The notes beneath the pieces were generated by a model. It was not told where the DNA came from. It saw only the letters and a list, made by a program, of their open reading frames with translations, and made no database searches. 64,000 bases of DNA from Octopus sinensis (Eukaryota), in NCBI RefSeq assembly GCF_006345805.1, contig NC_043000.1, positions 88,288,001-88,352,000 on the forward strand, written 5' to 3'. Every line of letters begins with the position of its first letter. The first letter of the stretch is position 1. Below are positions 1 to 13,291 of the stretch, piece after piece. The position numbers and the translations under genes were made by a program.

Positions 1-34
1 TTTAGCTATCTATGTATCTATCTATCTGTAAGCT

Positions 35-71
<37 letters not shown>

Positions 72-142
72 CTCTACTACCTATCTATGTATGTATGTCT
101 CTCTCTCTCTCTATCTATATATATTTGTAAATATATATATAT

Positions 143-184
<42 letters not shown>

Positions 185-190
185 ATACAC
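1..190. repeat. Compound microsatellite (TATC/TGTC/TC/TA)n
   Basis: Directly visible simple repeats. Confidence 0.9.
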
Positions 191-244
191 ACAGTCATGG
201 TATTGTTGCTTTGTAGGTTGTTGCATTTACTGTACTCTAAATTA

Positions 245-632
245 TGTGGAAGCACTCCGTCGGTTACGACGATGAGGGTTCCGGTTGATCCGAATCAACG
301 GAACAGCCTGCTCGTGAAATTAACGTGTAAGTGGCTGAGCACTCCACAGACACGTGCACCCTTAACGTAGTTCTCGGGGATATTCAGCGTGACACAGGGA
401 GTGACAAGGCCGGCCCCTTGAAATACAGGTACAACAGAAACAGGAAGTAAGAGTGAGAGAAAGTTGTGGTGAAAGAGTACAGCAGGGATCACCACGATCC
501 CCTGCCGGAGCCTCGTGGAGCTTTTAGGTGTTTTCGCTCAATAAACACTCACAACGCCCAGTCTGGGAATCGAAACCGCGATCTTATGACAGCGAGTCCG
601 CTGCCCTAACCACTGGGCCGTTGCGCCTCCAC
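245..632 (-). mobile_element. tRNA-derived SINE (long family, Octopus OR-like)
   Basis: Minus strand starts GTGGAGGCGCAACGGCCCAGTGGTTAGGGCAGCGG...GGTTTCGATTCCC (Pol III A and B boxes), followed by about 300 bp of non-tRNA body; no CCA or acceptor stem. Confidence 0.8.
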
Positions 633-834
633 ACTCCAAATTATACTGAATACAGACAGTAAGGGTAGGTTGTTATCTATCCTGGAATTGACGCATTCGG
701 CAGAAACATCCAATTTTATGGCCTCTTACTGGCCGACCAGCTTCTACGTTTGCCGCCAAGTTTATATTTTAGAATGTTACTTTGTTCTTGTCTTTATTAT
801 TTTTTCCTTTTTGAGGCCTATGCAATCATGACAC

Positions 835-1610
835 TAGAGATAAACAATACAACCACTTTCAGATGGTCGTGGTGAGTTCCACAACGAAAGGAAGGAGTAA
901 CAGAAATTGGATAAAAGAACTAGGAAGCTGCTCACAATGCACAGCGTGTACCACCCAAATTAAAACACTAAGAGACTCTACCTTCCAAGAAAGGAAAGAG
1001 GCAGAGGATTGCTAAATGCAGAAGATAGCAATTGTACTGTGATATTGGGCATGAATGTATACGTCAAATAGTGCGTTGGGATGTTAACCAATTGTGTGAT
1101 TTCGGGAAAACAGAAAAGCGGTATAAACATGAACTGGAAGCTGTGATATAGAATGAGAATCTCCTGATCATTTGAAAACCCCCGCCAACAGCGGACCAGA
1201 TATAACAGAGTTGATACTGCAGAAATTAAAGATATCACCCTTCTTGGGGAGTTTAATATCCAGACTGATCGAGTTATACCGGCCAGTATACCAGATACTG
1301 TGGCCAAAAATATGTTGTCAAAACAGGTCTCCTCATAGATATGTCAATTCCGGTAGACTGCAACTCTTCTGTAAAGTTCTTTGAAAAATTAAGTAAATAT
1401 AAGGTCCTTGAAATGGAAGTCTAAGAAATGTTGCATCTAAGAACAACTGTAAATGTAATCATCAGAGCTTTGGGAACAATAACAAAAGGCGCGCTTGAAC
1501 AGCATGGCCAAATGCCGAGAAACTCCAAATCATCAGAACTACAATAAATACTTTTTTATGTGTATTGTCCCAATCCTAATAAAATCTCTTAAAAGATTAT
1601 AAAAACAGAA
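835..1610 (+). mobile_element. R4/Dong-clade non-LTR retrotransposon fragment (post-RT region plus RLE), decayed
   Basis: Frameshifted translation gives LDKRTRKLLTMH..YHP..RLYLPRKE.GRGL and then RLE-like IDMSIP.D...EKLSKYK.LE..IGALG segments. Confidence 0.75.
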
Positions 1611-1780
1611 ATATCATTAATTGAACACAATCTTTCTAGGTTCTGACCTTTACGTACATTATATCATAGCTGATCATAAATAACGCCCATAGTAAAACGT
1701 CCAGCTTGCTGTTACTTGAGGTCACTTGGGGAAACTTTGGACAGCTCATATAAAACAAAGCAACAATAACGTAAATAATA

Positions 1781-1847
<67 letters not shown>

Positions 1848-1850
<3 letters not shown>

Positions 1851-2403
1851 GCCCTGATGCAGTACCAGGCATGGCTCTCATAGCTTCTGATCTTAACGGA
1901 TTAGAAGTGTTATCATGTACATTGTTTTGTCTTGGTATAAAAGATGGGCTACAGCAAATATTCTTCTCAATACCACAGATTTGCTTGTCAGCTGTTTGAC
2001 CGTAACCAGTTGAACATGTCCCTTAGAGGCTGACGATATGTGCATCTCTGATCATGAGCAGAAGTAGTGGGAGAGCATCATAGCCGTGTGTTGAGAGGTA
2101 TTCTTAGAGGTTTGAATAATTCACCTTTGGAAACATGGGTGGTTTGTTCAACATCCTTAAACAATCCTTATTCAGGGACCTTTTGAGCAGGATGGGCTAC
2201 ACGACCCGAAGAAAATTCTAACTGGGCCCCACTTGCAAGGACATGTGCTGTTTATCTTGATATGAGATCACTATGTCGCCCACATATGGTTGTGATGCAT
2301 GTGCCTTGTGTACCCTTATCAGACGGGTAGTCATGATGGGTATACTGGGCTTCGTATATTTTACCCCAGTGTCACTTTGATGGCATGCACTGCTCTCTCA
2401 CTC
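1848..2403. mobile_element. Non-coding ~555-bp (AAT)n-embedded element, copy 1
   Basis: Starts AATGCCCTGATGCAGTACCAGG, ends GCACTGCTCTCTCACTC; same ends as three other copies; (AAT)n on both sides. Confidence 0.85.
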
Positions 2404-2470
<67 letters not shown>

Positions 2471-2514
2471 ATAATAATAATAATCATAATAATAATAATA
2501 ATAAAATGAAATAA

Positions 2515-2735
2515 TCCTCTCTACTATAGGCACAAAGGCTGAAATTTTGGGGAAGGGGGTTAGTCAATTACATAGTCCCCAGCGTTTCATTGGTACTTAA
2601 TTTATCGAACCCAAAAGGATGAATGGCAAAGTACAAATCGGCGGAATTTGAACTCAGAAAGTAGCGACAGACGAAATACCATTACATTAAGCATTTCGCC
2701 CGGCATGCTAACGATTCTGCCAGATCACCGTCTTA
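2515..2735 (-). mobile_element. tRNA-derived CORE-type SINE (GGCGGCGAGCTGGCAGAATCGTTAGC family)
   Basis: Matches the many other copies in the window (e.g. 47279-47510). Confidence 0.8.
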
Positions 2736-2759
2736 ACAACAACAACAACAATGATAGTA

Positions 2760-3430
2760 CTCAGTGATATTGGAAATGGATAAACTGATGGAGAAAAAAA
2801 TGGCAGAAAAATTTAAGGCAGGGTACTTGCGGACGGAATAAGATCGAAGCAATCAACACATGGGCGGTTTCACGCCTTAGATATGGAGCAGGGGTAATCG
2901 CATGAACAGTAGACGAACTAAACAGCTTAGACAGAAAGATAACGATGTTGCTGACTAGGTATGGGATACTCCACCCAAAAGGGGACACAGACAGACTGTA
3001 CGTACCAAGAAAAAGAGAAGGAGAAGACTGATTGGATGGGAACACAGCGTTAGAGCAGAAGAAAACCACATAGCACAGTAGGTAAAAAATGCTACAGAAC
3101 CGCTGTTACTGGAAGTAAGCAAGTCAGGCTTGTGTAGGATGGAAGATTGCAAAGATACAGCACTGTACAAGCACTTGAGAATGAATGAAACTGAAAATAG
3201 GTGAATAAAGTAACGTATGCATGGAAAATTTCATAGGGATGTTGAAGATAAAACAGACAGAGAAAAAAGATGGTTATAGATGACTAAATGTGATTTAAAA
3301 CCAGAAACGGAGGCCCTATTATGTGCTGCCCAAGAACAAACATTAAGAACAAATTACATCAAATACAGAATAGACAACACATCAGAAAATGATAAGTGCA
3401 GAATTTGTCAATGTCCGCTACTAGCCCAGA
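2760..3430 (+). mobile_element. R4/Dong fragment (RT thumb to CCHC knuckle)
   Basis: NKIEAINTWAVSRLRYGAGVI, LHPKGDTDRLYVPRK, CAAQEQTLRTNYIKYRID...CRIC motifs. Confidence 0.8.
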
Positions 3431-3439
3431 ACAATTTTG

Positions 3440-4592
3440 CTTTTATCCTTTAGGGTTGTTAAAATACGCACCATTAACAACGTATGGAAGGTGGTAGAGG
3501 CCTTATACAGCTATTACAAAATAACCACCATAGGAATACAAAAATACCTACTGCAGAATCAAGGAAAACTAATTCAAGTAGCCACAAAGCACGAACAAAA
3601 GAAAGAAACTGTTTTCAGTCTTTAAGGAACCTGACAAATACAAAAAAAGAGATAATAGTACCAAAAAATATGAAGAAAAGAAGAAACAACAAAAGCTGTA
3701 AAACAACTGAAATCCAAGCCAAAACTGGAACAACAACGGATCATGATAAAAAGATGGCAAAAAAAGCCCCTTCATGGCAAATATTGGGCTAAGCTAAACA
3801 GAAAAGAAATAAACAAAGTAAAATTCCAACAATGGCTGAGAAGCTCAAGATTGAAGGATTTTTTTAATTCACAAGACCAAAGCCACCCGATCAGAAATTA
3901 CCAAAAACATATGATGAAAAGAAACACAAGTATTTGCAGAATATGTGGAGATGGAGAAGAAACAGAAAACCGTATTGTCTCTGGCTTCCCAGTCCTGGCG
4001 AGGAAGGAATATGTATTCATAGACATGACATAGTTGGGACCTGTATACACTGGAAGCTATGCCAACACTATGGAATAACAACAGAAAAAAGATGGTATAG
4101 TCACTCGCCAGAAAAGGTCACAGAAAATGAGAAAGTTACTATACCCTGGGACATGCCAATACACACAGATAGAGAAATTAAGGCTAATAGGCTGGATATA
4201 GTTGTCAGTGATCATCAAGAAAAAATTTTTTCTAAGCGATGTATGAATACCAACGGATGACAACGTTTCTCTAAAAGAAATGGAGAAACTTCCATAATAC
4301 AAAGACCTGGAAATAGAGGTAACTCGAATGTAGAGTTTAAAAACAGAAACAATTCCTATTATAGTAGGTACATTAGGTACGATAAAAATACTCAAATATA
4401 TAGCAAAAATACCAAGGCTAACAGGTATATGCAACATACAGAAAATAGCACTACTAGGCACTTCACACATCCTACGTAAAACACTTTCAATACAGTGAAA
4501 ATAAGACCATCACAACAAACCACAGCAATTACCCAAGGCACACAGAGCTGCGCTCGATAGTGCAGTAAAAGCACGTGACAAAAATAAGACTA

Positions 4593-4595
<3 letters not shown>
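3440..4595 (+). mobile_element. R4/Dong 3' fragment with RLE and 3' UTR ending in (AAT)n
   Basis: GGRGLIQL, KPLHGKYW, CRICGDGEETENRIVSG.PVLARKEY, PWDMPIHTDREIKANRLDIVV; 3' end AATAAGACTACTG(AAT)n; near-identical family copy at 25059-25891. Confidence 0.85.
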
Positions 4596-4652
<57 letters not shown>

Positions 4653-4715
4653 TAATAATAATAATAATAACAATAATAATAATAATAATAAATAATAATA
4701 ATAATAATAATAATC

Positions 4716-4803
<88 letters not shown>

Positions 4804-4822
4804 TAATAATAATAATAATAAC

Positions 4823-4890
<68 letters not shown>
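4596..4890. repeat. (AAT)n microsatellite, ~295 bp
   Basis: Directly visible. Confidence 0.95.
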
Positions 4891-4891
<1 letters not shown>

Positions 4892-5152
4892 ATGCTTAAT
4901 AGGAACTTTTCTTAAGGTACGGTTTTTGTTTAAGTCAACCCTGAACATATCAACTCTTAATGAATGAAAAAAGGCCAATCGCTGCGGCTCTTCGTTCAGT
5001 AATCATCATTGTAAAATTCACGCTAGTAAACATGGGTATTACCGTATTTCTCAAGTTTTGAAACGTTGGTCATATAAGAGGGCGATCCTTTTATAAATAT
5101 AATCAATCTATCACCAGATAACTGGTACTTATTGTCTGTCGAATGCACTCAC

Positions 5153-5198
5153 CATCTTGGCATGCATTGCAATCCCGTTGTGCAGCGATCCGTGAATT
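5153..5198 (-). CDS. Candidate 46-nt micro-exon of an unidentified host gene
   Basis: gttttatttcaag acceptor and GTGAGT donor around a GC-richer island; all three frames open (e.g. NSRIAAQRDCNACQD or FTDRCTTGLQCMPR). Unverified. Confidence 0.3.
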
Positions 5199-7509
5199 CT
5201 TGAAATAAAACGCATGCTAGCATTTGATCCTTGAATTAAACCGAAATCAAACATATCGAATACTAGCATTTAATTCACAATGCTGTTCACTTAATTACGA
5301 TGCAAAGTATGTAGTAATACGGTGAAGGTTTGCTCTGTACATTGTGCTGCATATAAAAGAATTCTAAATTCTTCATTTATTTCAATCCATAATATGATGG
5401 ATGAAATGTCAAAATCGATCACTTCAACATTTGTTTAAGCCAGACCTCATCTTTTCTTTACATTTTTTTTATTCCTTCCCACCTTCTCTTCACTTTCCAC
5501 ATCAACTGATATATTGACATTACTTTTATGAATCTAATCCATATCTATTGAATATTACAAGGTTCAGTGATTGCTAAAATTCATATTTCGAGAGTATCTA
5601 TTTTTCAGCGATGATGGACATGAAAAAAAAAATTTGCTGAAGAAAAAACTAACAATTGAGTTGTCTTTCTATCAGAAATTTTACTTTAGGACTTTTATGG
5701 AGAAAAAGGGGTCAAACTTTCAATCATGAAATTGTTAATAAGAATCTTTAGATGAATAGTCAGAATTTTGATAGTCGAACGATTTTAACATAACAATTGC
5801 TTGATTAATATTCTTGAAGCGCATTGAAATTAATGCATTTTGAAAACTGATGTAGTTTCTTTTAAATATTATTAACCGAAGAAGGACAAATATATATTTA
5901 TACTCTCTTAAGTTTCAATATATGACTGAAATAATAAATAATAAAATAATAAATCAAACATAATCAAACGCTGTTGATAAGTTTCTGATATAGCAATGGC
6001 TGAAGTAAGGTGTAACTAGTGATTTCCATACATCTCTGGTGGCATTTCTGCTAGATGAATTGTTCTGAAGAAATTTAAGAGAAAATAATATTCGAATATT
6101 GCGACGTAAAATAAGATGGAAAACATTGACGTTTAGGGTTTCGAAACCTAACGATTGTCTTACATCCACACACACATTTACACAGACATCGCGGTGCAAA
6201 CTCAATCGTACACATACAAATGCTTACATGTATAGCAATAAGTCTAACTTTCAAAATGATCTCCCATTAAAACGCTGCATTTTCTTTAAAACAAAAATGG
6301 TTGCCGCACAGCTGCTACGTTACTTTTAAATATTGTTTTATCCCAAACAGCCATGATCAAATAAACGCAGCATATTACTTATTGATAATGCGACGAAATT
6401 TGCAATTGAGCAAGGACTGAACTAATAAAACAGTGGACAGTCCTATGCATCAATTACTGATGCTACTTTTAAAGAAGAAATAGCACTCTTGCACGGCTAT
6501 TACTGATGGCACTCGTCCAAATAGACTGACAGAATGTGGTTGCTTTTTTGATAATCACACTAAAAGGCCTGGTTCGTCAGCTCCCACTTTAGTAGCTCTC
6601 GTGGCACAGGGATCATTATTTTAACGATTTGTCTAAGCGTCTCTCCAGTCTCACTTTCGGAAGTAGAATATAGTGAAAACGGTGCAACCAGTCTCACTCC
6701 AGTTTTGTCTGATATAAGAGCTACATAAACTACACGTCGTTTGAAGCTTCAACAGATATTCTGCATCACAGGAAACAATTATTTCGCTAGTTAAAAGCCA
6801 TTTTCAGCTGCAACGACTCTTATAAACATATGTTCTCGTCGGCAATAATCGTTATTTCAAGAACTACCAGATTTACTGGCCACAAGCTATTTGAATCTTA
6901 ATCAGCTGTCCCGAGCTATACATCAGTTTCGTAGATTATGTTTTCAATGCTCATCTACTGACTAACTTTTCCAAGTAGTTGATCTCTTTACATACACACA
7001 TAGATACATACGTACATACATGCATATATACACATACATACATACATACATAATACATACATACATACATACATACATACATACACATATACATACATAC
7101 ATACATATATGTACCGTCATAGAGGTCAGCTGTCCTGATGATGTGAATATCTCTTTGAAAATCAGGGAAAGAAGATTACTATGGACAACTGCTTCGAAAC
7201 CTCCAGCTTCTATATCCGGATTACATATCTACATTTATACCAATAATAATTGCAGCACTTGGTTTTGCAAGTAAATGCCTAGCTATCAGTGTGGATAAGC
7301 TTTTATTTCAGAAAAAGAAATCAACCATCGGACTCGCACACCAAAACTACAATCTGTAAGCGGAACATTAAAGCTATGTAAGACTTTTCTCAAGTTTAAA
7401 ATGTGACATTGTTTTCGTTATCTACACTCCGACGACAGAGCTTCGTATCTTTGTTAGAAAGCAGCTCATTCAGAGAAAGAATTTAAGTGATATAATATAG
7501 ATATTCAGT

Positions 7510-7690
7510 TAGGCGGAGGCGTGCTATAAGAAGTACGGTTCCCAACTACATGGATCTGTGTTTACTCCCTCTACGTTGCACCTTGGGCAAGTGTCTTCTA
7601 TAGCCTTGGGCCGGCTAAAGACTTGTGACTGAATTTAGTAGACGGAAATTGAAAACCCAAAAGAAGCCCAATTGAAAAACCGAAACAAGG
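7510..7690 (+). mobile_element. CORE-type tRNA SINE (GGCGT-GGCTGTGTGGTAAG family), decayed 5' half
   Basis: CACCTTGGGCAAGTGTCTTCTATAGCC core and GTAGACGGAAA motif shared with 11944, 45038, 50330 and 53365 copies. Confidence 0.7.
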
Positions 7691-9016
7691 AATGAAAATA
7701 GAAGTGGATATTGTATTTGCAGTTCCATTATTTAAGCAGAGTGATATATATATATATATATATATAAGTTTCCTGTACCTTGTGTGTGAGTTCGAATGGT
7801 GTTTATATTTGGTCATTCCAAGCATAGAGTCTTATAAACTGTGTATGTATATATGTATAAGAGAACCCGAACGCAATTATAATGTGCACCAAAAACAACT
7901 CCATGTCAAAGATGCACAAATAAAGAAATATATAAAGCTAATTATTTATGGCTTTTCTCAGTGAAAAAGACCAGTTTAACTGGGAGAATGCAACCATGGG
8001 TATACGAAATTGGCTGGTGATGGCATACATGTATGTATGAATATATGTATGAATATATGTATATAAACATGTGTGTATATCTTAGAACTTGTGGCCCACG
8101 ATTTTTACAGCACTAGCATAACTCCCATTTTATCAGGATCGAAATCTTTTAGATGCACAAGACAGAGATTTATACTAGTTATCATATTCTAAGACGAAGA
8201 AAATATGGAGTATTTCATTTGATGAATAGAACCGTCACACCTTCAAATCACTATATGTTCAGCTAAAACAAACATTACATTATTTGATCAGATTATCGAC
8301 ACGAGAAAAACCAAGACATTCACTTTCTTGGTATAGAATCTTCTTATGCTTCAAGAATGTGGTATATCGAATGAATAATAAGCCACAGTAAGTCGTTTCC
8401 TATCATTTCTTATCATAAAATGTATGTTTATTTTCTGTTTTATATTTACCTATAAATATTGGCCATTCCAATACGCGAAGCAATGAAGGAAGGACTATAA
8501 TTCATAAAAACTGAGCAAAATAAAATTTCTACAACACATAAATTTATCAATTTATTTCGGCAGCGCTGTTATGTAAACTCTACTTTTATGAACGTTATGA
8601 TTTACAAACCTGTATCATCAAAAATTCCTGAAAAACCAAAGATACTATAGTGCTGTTTTATTGTATTTCATTGAATTATTGTAGAAGACAGGATTTTCCC
8701 TAAGTGGAAGGTAGAACACAAAGCAAACTGATATATCTCTATAGGTATGCATGTATGTATGTATGTAAGTGTGAATGTATGCATGTATGTATTTATGCAT
8801 GCATGAATATATGTATGTATCTATGTATCTTTCTCTCTCTCCATCTCTCTCTCTTCTCTCTATTTATCTATCTCTCTGTTTATCTATCTAAACACATGCA
8901 CACATATAGTATACAATGCATGCGCAGTTACCAATGGATATGTGTGTATGTCTGTGCACGTGTGCGTGTGTGTGTTTGTGTGTGCGCGCACGCGTTTATA
9001 TATCCATGTAGGCACA

Positions 9017-10050
9017 GTATGACCGAATTATTAAGACGTTTCCTTTCGCAACTATGGAGTCATAAATTCTAAGGTTCTATCACAACGCGTGGCATCTTGG
9101 GCATATGAAATTTTCTATAGCTCTGAGGAAGGCCCAGACACTGTTTTTGCAAATATATATAAAGAAATCAAAATTTGTGATCCATCCTATTTCCAACGGG
9201 GACAAATTGTTGGATTGCAAGTGGCTAAAGCTTCGTTCACAATGATGCTGAATTTTTAATGGTACAGCTTCTAAAATTGTGTTGGTATTGCAAAACCAAG
9301 GTAAAACCAGCTCTGGTAAGCAGAATTTTGGACGGAAGCAAAGCTCACAGGGAGGGACTGCAAGAGAATGAAACCTGTTGTGCCTAAGAACCATCGAACT
9401 ACGGCATGAAAAGAGTCAACCAAAACCGTTTGCCGTGAGTTCCATAAATTGGATATAATTGGAGGGCAGTAAATGCTCAAATTCTCTTGGCCCTTATTAC
9501 ACAAATTACCTAAGAAAGGTTTAGACGGAATACTATCATCTCCGATGAATCATCGATTTTCCCACTGCGGAGGGAGTTTATCTTTGGAGACAGATCAAAT
9601 ACAACTTCAATACTGACTGTTTCATCGTTATTGTAAAGTATGGAAGTTGCTTGTGATTATTCTGGACAGCCGTATCAAGGATTTCACTTAACCCCTTAAT
9701 TTTTCTACATGGTTAAGATTATCTGAGAATATGGGCTAGTCATGTCCAAACTATGCGACAAACATTGTGCCCTGCGGCAAATTTCACGGTTAACGAGAGT
9801 CAATATCGGTACGAATATAATAAATGTGAGGTAGACCACATGGAGTGAGTCCCACAATCACCGGGTCTCAGTATAACCGAAAATCCACGGTGTATTTTGG
9901 AGTTGCGAGTGAGGAGCCGCTTCCCTTCACTAACGTTGCTTATGGTAGGCTTTACTTGGAGAGTGATTCAAAATTCTCCAAAAAAACATCGTATTAAAGG
10001 AGTGGTTACAGGACTTTATGGTATATATGAGCATGAAATTGAATTCAACA
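9017..10050 (+). mobile_element. Decayed Tc1-like DNA transposon (transposase pseudogene)
   Basis: Frameshifted peptides FQRGQIVGL, GKTSSGKQNFGRK, KNHRTTA, IISDESSIF, VYLWRQ..DC..VKYG..WTAVS, PQSPGLSITE..LE.RVRSRFP follow Tc1 transposase order. Confidence 0.75.
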
Positions 10051-10054
10051 TTGC

Positions 10055-10450
10055 AAACCAGATATGGTGATTAACAAAGTCAAGAAACTGTGTTTGATTC
10101 TAGCTGTGACTTGTCCAGCCGAGAATTAGGTCTGTGACAAAGACCTGAAGTAGATTAAGAGGTATGGACTACTAGCATGGGAGATGAAATATTTGTAGAT
10201 AATGAAAATGCAGAGGTGATCCCAGTAGTTGTCGGATCGCTTAGTACTGTGAGAACCAGAACTGAAAGCTATTCAAAAGAAATCGGACAGAGCATCAGAG
10301 TCAGGCACTTACAGGAACAACACACCGTAGAACTGGTGGTAGAGTACTTAGAAAAGTGCTTGAAGTTAGAAGATGCCACCTCAGTCCTCGGGTTGTGAAA
10401 AACTGGCACCGGTACTACACCAGCAGCAATGAATACTGTGCAATAAACGA
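10055..10450 (+). mobile_element. R4/Dong RLE 3' fragment ending in (AAT)n
   Basis: PDMVI..K..C.I..V, EVIPVVVGSLSTV, IRVRHLQ; followed by (AAT)n. Confidence 0.7.
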
Positions 10451-11049
10451 AATAATAATAATAATAATAATAACTACGTAAAGTACTGTCTTTCTGGGGT
10501 CTTTTTTTGACTTGACAAATATTACAGACACAACATCCTCAATCAACCTCTGGTTATTTCATTGGCTGTTAACACAAAAAATAAACATCTACTATGTCTG
10601 TATTTACGTACATATTCATAACTCTACACGTGCTGTAAGTATATCGGCGAGATCAAGTGAATCCCACCACAGAATCTCCGTCTCCTCACCAAATAGAGTC
10701 GTATCACTCGCCACTTTTAAGCACTGACTTTCTAAAGATCAATATAATTCGCTATGGGAGCGTATGTGCGCCAAACCATATGTGACCGTATGTTTATATC
10801 TTCGTATAGATTTGTACGAGCGAGTGTACTTTCGCCAGAAAACGCAAGCGGGGGCGTTTGTCCATCCATATCTACTAACAGATATGTTTAATACTTTTTT
10901 AACTGTAATGTGTATTTGTTTCTTTTTGCATGTGATATTTGTTATTGATCTTCTATAATAATGAAGGCGTTTCCCTTCATTTGCTGCTTTTGTATACAAA
11001 TACCAAGAAGAACAGACGTTATTTTAACGCGATGCATCTTCTAATCACC

Positions 11050-11780
11050 TGACGCGACACATCTACACCGACGGATGCAACTAAACCAGATGTTTAGTAT
11101 CCCATGCGTGAGGGATCGATGCTAGATGGTTTGAAACAATTGTAGTGATCAATAACTTTTCTAGTATTTTCCATCCTCCGTCTATTTCATTAATCAAATA
11201 CCCAACGAACACCGAGAAAGTGAACGTGAAAGAGAAATGATTGCACATGCAATAGGGGCCAGTGTAAAAACGACCTTGAAGAACCACATAAAAAAAAAAC
11301 TATACATGCAGGTTCAAGGTGCAGCCATCGGTGTCGGTATAGCTGGAGATGTGGCTGGCCTCTTTATGACCTGGTGGGACAGAAAACTTAAGCAAATATT
11401 AGCAGAAGAGTCCACAGCTCTTCTACTCTACAGTAGATATGTAGATGACATTGATATCATAGTTAGGACTAACTCTAGTGACGGTAGTATAGAAACTGAG
11501 AGGAACGTAATGGGGAGCATCCAGCAAATAGCTAACTCCATCCGCCAAAGTATCAAGATAACTATAGATTACCCCAGGAAGCACCCCAACAATAGATTCC
11601 CCGTTCGTGTTGTGTGACAAAGCTGAGTTCTTGTGAACAATATATTTTGAAGTTATAGGTTTCATGTAATAGGAGTGGAGGAGCTGCAATCTATTGTTCA
11701 CAGTCTCTAACCAAAATGAAATAAGTGGAAATTTTATCGGTGAGTGTGTTAAATTATAAGGCACCAAAAGAGAATGACAC
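11050..11780 (+). mobile_element. Penelope-like element reverse transcriptase fragment with an inverted 3' segment
   Basis: KLYMQVQGAAIGVGIAGDVAGLFMTWWD and YSRYVDDI (RT motifs B and C) on +; HSYYMKPITSKYIVHKNSALS on - at about 11605-11730. Confidence 0.75.
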
Positions 11781-11785
11781 AACAG

Positions 11786-11842
<57 letters not shown>

Positions 11843-11943
11843 CCATCGAGTAATGAGAATGAGTGCTCAACACCGTACTGGTGGATAAAGTTAAATTTCT
11901 TTATTTGTGTATTAAGGCTTTAATAACAAATAAAGTATATATA

Positions 11944-12290
11944 GGCGTAGGCGTAGCTGTGTAGTAAGGATCTTGCTTCCCAACCACATGGTTCCAGGTT
12001 CAGTACCACTGCATGGCACCTTGTGCGAGTATCTTTTACCATAGCCTCGGGCCGACCAGAACCTAGTGAGTGTTTTTGACATACGGAAACATATCTATGT
12101 GTGTGTGCGTCTTTATCTCTGTGTTTGGCCCCCTCACCGCTTGACAACCAGTGTTAGTGTATTTACACCCCCGTCACCTAGCGGTTAGGCAATAAGAGAC
12201 CGTTAGAATAATTTCCAAGTTTAAAAAAATAAGTACTGGGGACGAATTTGTTCGACTAAAAACCTTCAAGGCGGCCGCAGTCAAATATAT
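11944..12290 (+). mobile_element. CORE-type tRNA SINE, near full length with central microsatellite
   Basis: GGCGTAGCTGTGTAGTAAG...GGTTCAGTACCACTG head; 3' part CGCTTGACAACC...AAGTACTGGGG...TTCAAGGCGG. Confidence 0.8.
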
Positions 12291-12637
12291 ATCCCAACTG
12301 AGGCTACGCATGTTTCCTAGGTAGCACATCTTCGGAAACAATAATTACTCAATGAGGGTTAATCTACAAGCTACTCATCAGGCCAAAGACACTTCAATTA
12401 AATGAAGGTTACATTGTCGGTAAAGAATACTGCAACCTTCTGCGTCAATAAACTGTTATTGCTCCTGAATGTTGTTTTTATACCAATCACGGACTTCTCG
12501 AAGCGTACTAACTTCGTACACCTAGATCCTAAGATCTTACAATCACATATCATTATATCTAAATGTGTGTGTATGTACAGTATTTGCGACGGAATGATGA
12601 TTAGTTCGTGATTAGTGTTTTGTATGCAGACTTAGTA

Positions 12638-12701
<64 letters not shown>

Positions 12702-13159
12702 GTGTGTGTGTGGTGTGTGTGTGTGTGTGGTGTGTGTGCGTGGGGGAAAACCTTCTACTCGGATGTATTTGTCTTGAAAAATGTTTCATAGACATATAGC
12801 TTTAAAAACGCACAAAAATATTATCAGTAGAGGATCTACGCGCAGCTTTGATGGTGAAATTTCTGGACCTAGATGTCTACTATTAGTTTCATCAGAACAA
12901 ATATCCCATCACCTCATGTCAAATGAACATCAACTGGTAGCTCTGATAGTTAATTGAATAAACTATGTTTCATTCAGTATATTAAATTGATTGAATTTCA
13001 CGCTTAATGCTGGACGATCTTTGCACGTTACTGATAATTTTCTGTGTTTTTAAAGTATTGCTTCTGCGTTCTCCATGTATAAAAGATGCATTCTCAAGAC
13101 TAATAACACCATTTAGAAGGCTTTCGCCATATTCACAACTTTTGTGTGCGAACAGCTCG

Positions 13160-13223
<64 letters not shown>

Positions 13224-13248
13224 ATGTAATATCAATAATATAATAATA

Positions 13249-13271
<23 letters not shown>

Positions 13272-13291
<20 letters not shown>

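Noticed and set aside
560-632. tRNA gene (also 29463-29535, 33480-33537, 46350-46420)
   Set aside because: A/B boxes are present but there is no complete cloverleaf and each runs into a SINE body.
1848-2000. HDV-like or hammerhead ribozyme at either end of the 555-bp element
   Set aside because: CTGATG is not followed by A or a GAAA partner, and I could not find a P1/P1.1/P3 arrangement on either strand by eye; a covariance search is still needed.
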